Assembly (NCBI GenBank): GCA_963751275.1
Contig: CAVVTZ010000014.1
Span: forward strand, 32,001 to 96,000
Direction: 5' to 3'
Source of the DNA: an uncultured Gemmatimonadaceae bacterium
GTDB lineage: Bacteria > Gemmatimonadota > Gemmatimonadetes > Gemmatimonadales > Gemmatimonadaceae
Length of the DNA stretch: 64,000 nucleotides
Shown: in pieces, positions 60,496 to 64,000 of the stretch
Layout of the letters: each line of letters begins with the position of its first letter
Numbering within the stretch: position 1 is the stretch's first letter
Notes under the pieces: model-generated
Seen by the model: the letters and a program-made list of their open reading frames with translations, nothing else
The model's database searches: none
What the model was told of the DNA's origin: nothing
Made by a program: the position numbers and the translations under genes

Positions 60496-63396
60496 CTAGG
60501 GCTTCTTCGCCCCGCCGCCGCTCGAACTCCCGAGGTGATCCCAGTTGGCCATCGCGTTCAAGACCATTGCGAACGTCCCCTGTGATTCCCAGCGCCACAA
60601 TGGCCGGATCGCGAAGAGCACGACGTTCCCCTTCCCCACCGGCGCGTCGATCACGGCCGCCTTGCCGATGAGTTCGCCGCCTCCCGCGAGCAGTCCCGAG
60701 AGCAGCAACGAATCCGCCCGTGGATGGAATCGCAGGATCACCTTCGCGCGCTGGGCTTCGATGTCCTTCAGCACCATCGAGTCCACGTTGACATTGCTCG
60801 CCAGCGTGTCACGCGTGGCCACCGCCAGCACCGGCGCGCCGCCGAAATACACCGGGAAACTCGGCGCGTCGTCGTAGCCATAGAGAATGGGACTCGTCCT
60901 TGTCACCTGCTGCGCGCGGAGAATGGAGCCCTGCGCGCGCAGCCCGTGTGCGTCGGCCGCCTGCACGGTGGGATTGAAGCCGAGCGCGATGACGAATGAG
61001 CTCGTGCCACCTTCCGTGATGAGCAAGCCGCCGCGTTCCACGAACTGCCGCAGCGCGTTCGCGCCCGCGAGTCCCATGCCGCCGCGGATGTCGTCGGTCT
61101 CGTCCCAGAGGTTCAGGTTCGGCGTGAGCGCCGATTTCTTCCATGGCACCGGCGGGCCGATCATCGGGCGGCCGTTCAGGATCGTGCTCGGTGAACCGTT
61201 CACGTGCGGAAAGACCACGACGTCGAACTTGTCGAGCGCGCCCGGCTTGCGCAGCGACTGGTCCGACAGGTAGGTGTACGGGATCCCCATCTGGTCGAAG
61301 GCGAAGCGCACCCAGCCTTCGTTCTGCGTCTCGAGCCAGGTGTGCACCACCGCGATGCGCGGCACCGTGATCGGAAAGCGACCCGCTGAAACCGACTGCT
61401 TCGTGACGACGCCGCTCAGTCCCATCGCTGCCATGGCGTTGATGCGCGCGTTCGTTGCGTTCGCCACGAGGAAGGTGCCCGCCGGGAACTGCTGACCGCC
61501 CACGATGAACGGCGCTTCGGCCACCGTCACCGCACCGCCCGCTTTCCACGGCAGCGCCGCCGCGCGCCAGTCGCCCGTGTTGCGGATGATCATCATGCCG
61601 CCGGCGCCGCCGGAATCCACTGCGATCATTCCCTTGGCTGCGGCGTCCGCCGCGAGCGGCGTCATCTCCTTCGCAAGCACCGCCGAGTCGCCAATGGGAT
61701 ACGCGATCACGTGGCGCAGCAGGTCGAGCGTCCAGCCCGTGTCGTCGTACGGCGGCGGCTCGTTACTCCCGTACCGCTGCATCGCGAGCAGCGTGCGCAC
61801 CGTGCCGGTATTCGGCTGGTCCATGCGCACGATCCAGTCGCCCTTGTGCACGGCGACCTCCTTCGGCTTGCCGCCCATCTTGTGCATGCTGTCGGCGCGC
61901 GCACTGTCGGCCGGCAACATTGGCGGCGGAGCGGGCTCGGTGGGCTTGAGGTTGCTCCCGACTTCCACGGGACGCGGCGCGTCGAACGTGGTGAAGTCCG
62001 CGCTCGCGACATCCACCACGGTGCCTTGCGCACGGAACAAGTTCACGAGCGCCGCCGCTTCGCCCGCGTGGCGCTGATCGTGCGGGATCACATAGGCGTA
62101 CGGTGCGCTCGTGCGGCCGCGATGGATCATGCGGTCGACCTTCGCCGCGTAGTTCGTGAGGAACACCTGCCGGTTGTCCGCCACATAGCGCAGCGCGATC
62201 AGCACCCCCGACTGCTGGTAATTGATGTTCGTGCGGATGCACCACTTCACGCCGTTCACCGGCGGATTCATCCGGTCCCACTCCTTCTGCACGGCCGCGG
62301 TGGGGAGATGCACGGTGTGACACTCGGCGCCCATCGACGTGTACGTCTCGTAGAAGCGCCCGATGGAATTGTGCAGGCTCGCCACCGAGAGGATCGTGTA
62401 GTTCGGCGCCCATCCATCGTAGAAGCCGTGCGTCCACACCCCCGGCAGCCCGCGGCGCGTGAGCTCGGTCATCTCCTGGTACGCCAGCGTGTGCAGCTCG
62501 TCGGTGAGGATCGCGTCGAACTCATCGTTGTACGGTCCGGTGCCGGTGCTCGTGTACAGGAAGGGCACCGACTCGTGCAGGTCGTGCGCAACAGTGGGAT
62601 GCCACGCGAGGAAGACCTTCACCACGTTCTGCGTGAGCTTCTGCGACAGCACCATCGCGTCGCGATTGTTGTCGTGCGCGGTGTACTTCCCCCAATAGAT
62701 GAGCGGCACCGGACCCGCCTGCAGCGCGCGCGACTCGGCGAAAGCATCCACCTCGCGGTCGCGACCGTCGGTCTCGAGCACGGGCGTGATGAGCGTGATC
62801 ACGCCGGCGCGGATCGCCTTGATGTGATCGGACTCGTCCACGGCGAGACGGTACGCCAGCTCCATCAGCATCTCGGGGCTGCCCGTCTCCGGCGAATGGA
62901 TCGATCCCGTGAGCCAGTACACCGGCTTCGCTTCGGCGATGAGCTTCGCGCGATCGGCGGCGCTCAGCCCTCGCGTGTCGGAGAGCTGCGCGAGCTTCGC
63001 GCGATAGTCATCGATGTGCGCGATCGTCGCCGAGTCGCCGATGGCGACGGCGAGCATCTCGCGCCCCTCGTCGCTCAGGCCGGCGGAGTAGAGTTTCACG
63101 CGTGGCGACGCCGCGGCGAGCGCGCGGAAGTATTTGTTGATGTCCGCGACGTGCGAGAGCCTGCCCACCGTGCCCGGGACGTAGCCCAGCACCTTGAGCG
63201 GCGTGGGCACCGTGGCCGACGCCGGCAGGTAGTTCACCAGTTCAGTGGTGAACATCCACTTGGGATCGGTGGGGGTGAGCTGCCTGATCTGGGCGGTGTA
63301 CGCCGAGTCGATCGGCTGTTGCGCGACGGCTGTCGCGGCGATGCAGAGAGCGGCGAGCGTCAGCCGCGGCTTGAGCCCGAAGAGGTGTGAGCGCAT
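60496..63396 (-). CDS. secreted M14-family zinc carboxypeptidase-like protein
   Basis: Signal peptide; SIHSPE (HxxE), HDNNRD and HDLHE; C-terminal GATase-like domain (NEGWVRF). Confidence 0.88.
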   Translation of the reverse strand: MRSHLFGLKPRLTLAALCIAATAVAQQPIDSAYTAQIRQLTPTDPKWMFTTELVNYLPASATVPTPLKVLGYVPGTVGRLSHVADINKYFRALAAASPRVKLYSAGLSDEGREMLAVAIGDSATIAHIDDYRAKLAQLSDTRGLSAADRAKLIAEAKPVYWLTGSIHSPETGSPEMLMELAYRLAVDESDHIKAIRAGVITLITPVLETDGRDREVDAFAESRALQAGPVPLIYWGKYTAHDNNRDAMVLSQKLTQNVVKVFLAWHPTVAHDLHESVPFLYTSTGTGPYNDEFDAILTDELHTLAYQEMTELTRRGLPGVWTHGFYDGWAPNYTILSVASLHNSIGRFYETYTSMGAECHTVHLPTAAVQKEWDRMNPPVNGVKWCIRTNINYQQSGVLIALRYVADNRQVFLTNYAAKVDRMIHRGRTSAPYAYVIPHDQRHAGEAAALVNLFRAQGTVVDVASADFTTFDAPRPVEVGSNLKPTEPAPPPMLPADSARADSMHKMGGKPKEVAVHKGDWIVRMDQPNTGTVRTLLAMQRYGSNEPPPYDDTGWTLDLLRHVIAYPIGDSAVLAKEMTPLAADAAAKGMIAVDSGGAGGMMIIRNTGDWRAAALPWKAGGAVTVAEAPFIVGGQQFPAGTFLVANATNARINAMAAMGLSGVVTKQSVSAGRFPITVPRIAVVHTWLETQNEGWVRFAFDQMGIPYTYLSDQSLRKPGALDKFDVVVFPHVNGSPSTILNGRPMIGPPVPWKKSALTPNLNLWDETDDIRGGMGLAGANALRQFVERGGLLITEGGTSSFVIALGFNPTVQAADAHGLRAQGSILRAQQVTRTSPILYGYDDAPSFPVYFGGAPVLAVATRDTLASNVNVDSMVLKDIEAQRAKVILRFHPRADSLLLSGLLAGGGELIGKAAVIDAPVGKGNVVLFAIRPLWRWESQGTFAMVLNAMANWDHLGSSSGGGAKKP

Positions 63397-63447
63397 GGCG
63401 CTGAAACTACGGCCTGAGCGCGTCCAGCGGAACGGCGACAGCCAGAT

Positions 63448-63525
63448 CGGGAACGGGAAACGGGAAACGGGAAACGGGAGGGAGTAGTGACCACTCCCTC
63501 CCGCCTTCCGTTTCCCCTTTCTCCT
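63448..63525. repeat. palindrome of 7-nt tandem units (CGGGAAA)n
   Basis: CGGGAACGGGAAACGGGAAACGGGAAACGGGAGGGAGT ... ACTCCCTCCCGCCTTCCGTTTCCCCTTTCTCC. Confidence 0.8.
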
Positions 63526-63589
63526 ACTCTGCGTCGCTCGTTGTCAGAGCGCCCGCGACACATTCGGAGTGTTCGCCCCGACCGACCAG

Positions 63590-63982
63590 TCATTCCGTCG
63601 TCTTCCCGTCGAAGTGCTCTTTGTCGGCCTCGGCGGCGGCGCGGGTGTGGTGATGGACGCCGTCGCGATGATTGGGCGGCGCGTAGAGCGTATAGAGCTT
63701 CAACGGTCCGGCGCCGGTATTGATGATGTTGTGGTTCGTTCCGGCCGGCACGAGCACCGCGAAACCCGGCTTGATCGGCGTCCGAACACCATCCAGCACC
63801 GCCTCGCCACTCCCCTCCTCCACGCGGAAGAACTGGTCGAGCGTGTGGACCTCCGCTCCGATCTCCTCTTTGGGCTTGAGTGCCATTAGAACGAGTTGGC
63901 AGTTCTTCGCCGTGTACAGCACGCGGCGAAAGTCGGAATTCTTGACCGCAAGACCCTCGATGTCCTTCACGAAGCCTTTCAT
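63590..63982 (-). CDS. cupin-domain protein
   Basis: FRRVLYT, QLVLM, EIGAEVH, DQFFRVEEG, VPAGTNHNIIN and KLYTLYAPPNH. Confidence 0.9.
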   Translation of the reverse strand: MKGFVKDIEGLAVKNSDFRRVLYTAKNCQLVLMALKPKEEIGAEVHTLDQFFRVEEGSGEAVLDGVRTPIKPGFAVLVPAGTNHNIINTGAGPLKLYTLYAPPNHRDGVHHHTRAAAEADKEHFDGKTTE

Positions 63983-64000
63983 GTTGCCTCCTGTGCGCGG

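Noticed and set aside
1..64000. tRNA, rRNA, prophage or IS elements
   Set aside because: No cloverleaf, rRNA-like segment, phage structural gene, transposase or integrase was recognised by eye.

Overview
High-GC bacterial chromosomal window with about 55 densely packed genes, most on the minus strand. The ADOP permease, the TIGR02999 ECF sigma plus Ser/Thr kinase, and the secreted M1/M14 peptidases suggest Gemmatimonadota or Acidobacteriota (inference only). Recognisable loci: a secreted glutaminase/DcaP-porin/amidohydrolase operon opposite HdeD-like and cls genes; an isolated rpsL-rpsG pair with no fusA/tuf; a Tat-linked GMC sugar-oxidation operon; a TIGR03546/TIGR03545 pair; alpha-2-macroglobulin-pbpC; a solo ParB-like gene; an ArsR-SRPBCC stress cluster; an ECF-kinase module next to an unusual surface protein; and a DUF4242-nucleotide cyclase. 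About 15 genes are broken by small indels, most likely long-read assembly errors. The most striking non-coding signal is a set of about 15 long intergenic palindromes in several sequence families, many built from 7-, 8/9- or 21-nt tandem units, and some bracketing single genes or gene pairs. No rRNA, tRNA, CRISPR array, transposase or integrase was recognised. Family names are from recall of motifs, not from database searches.
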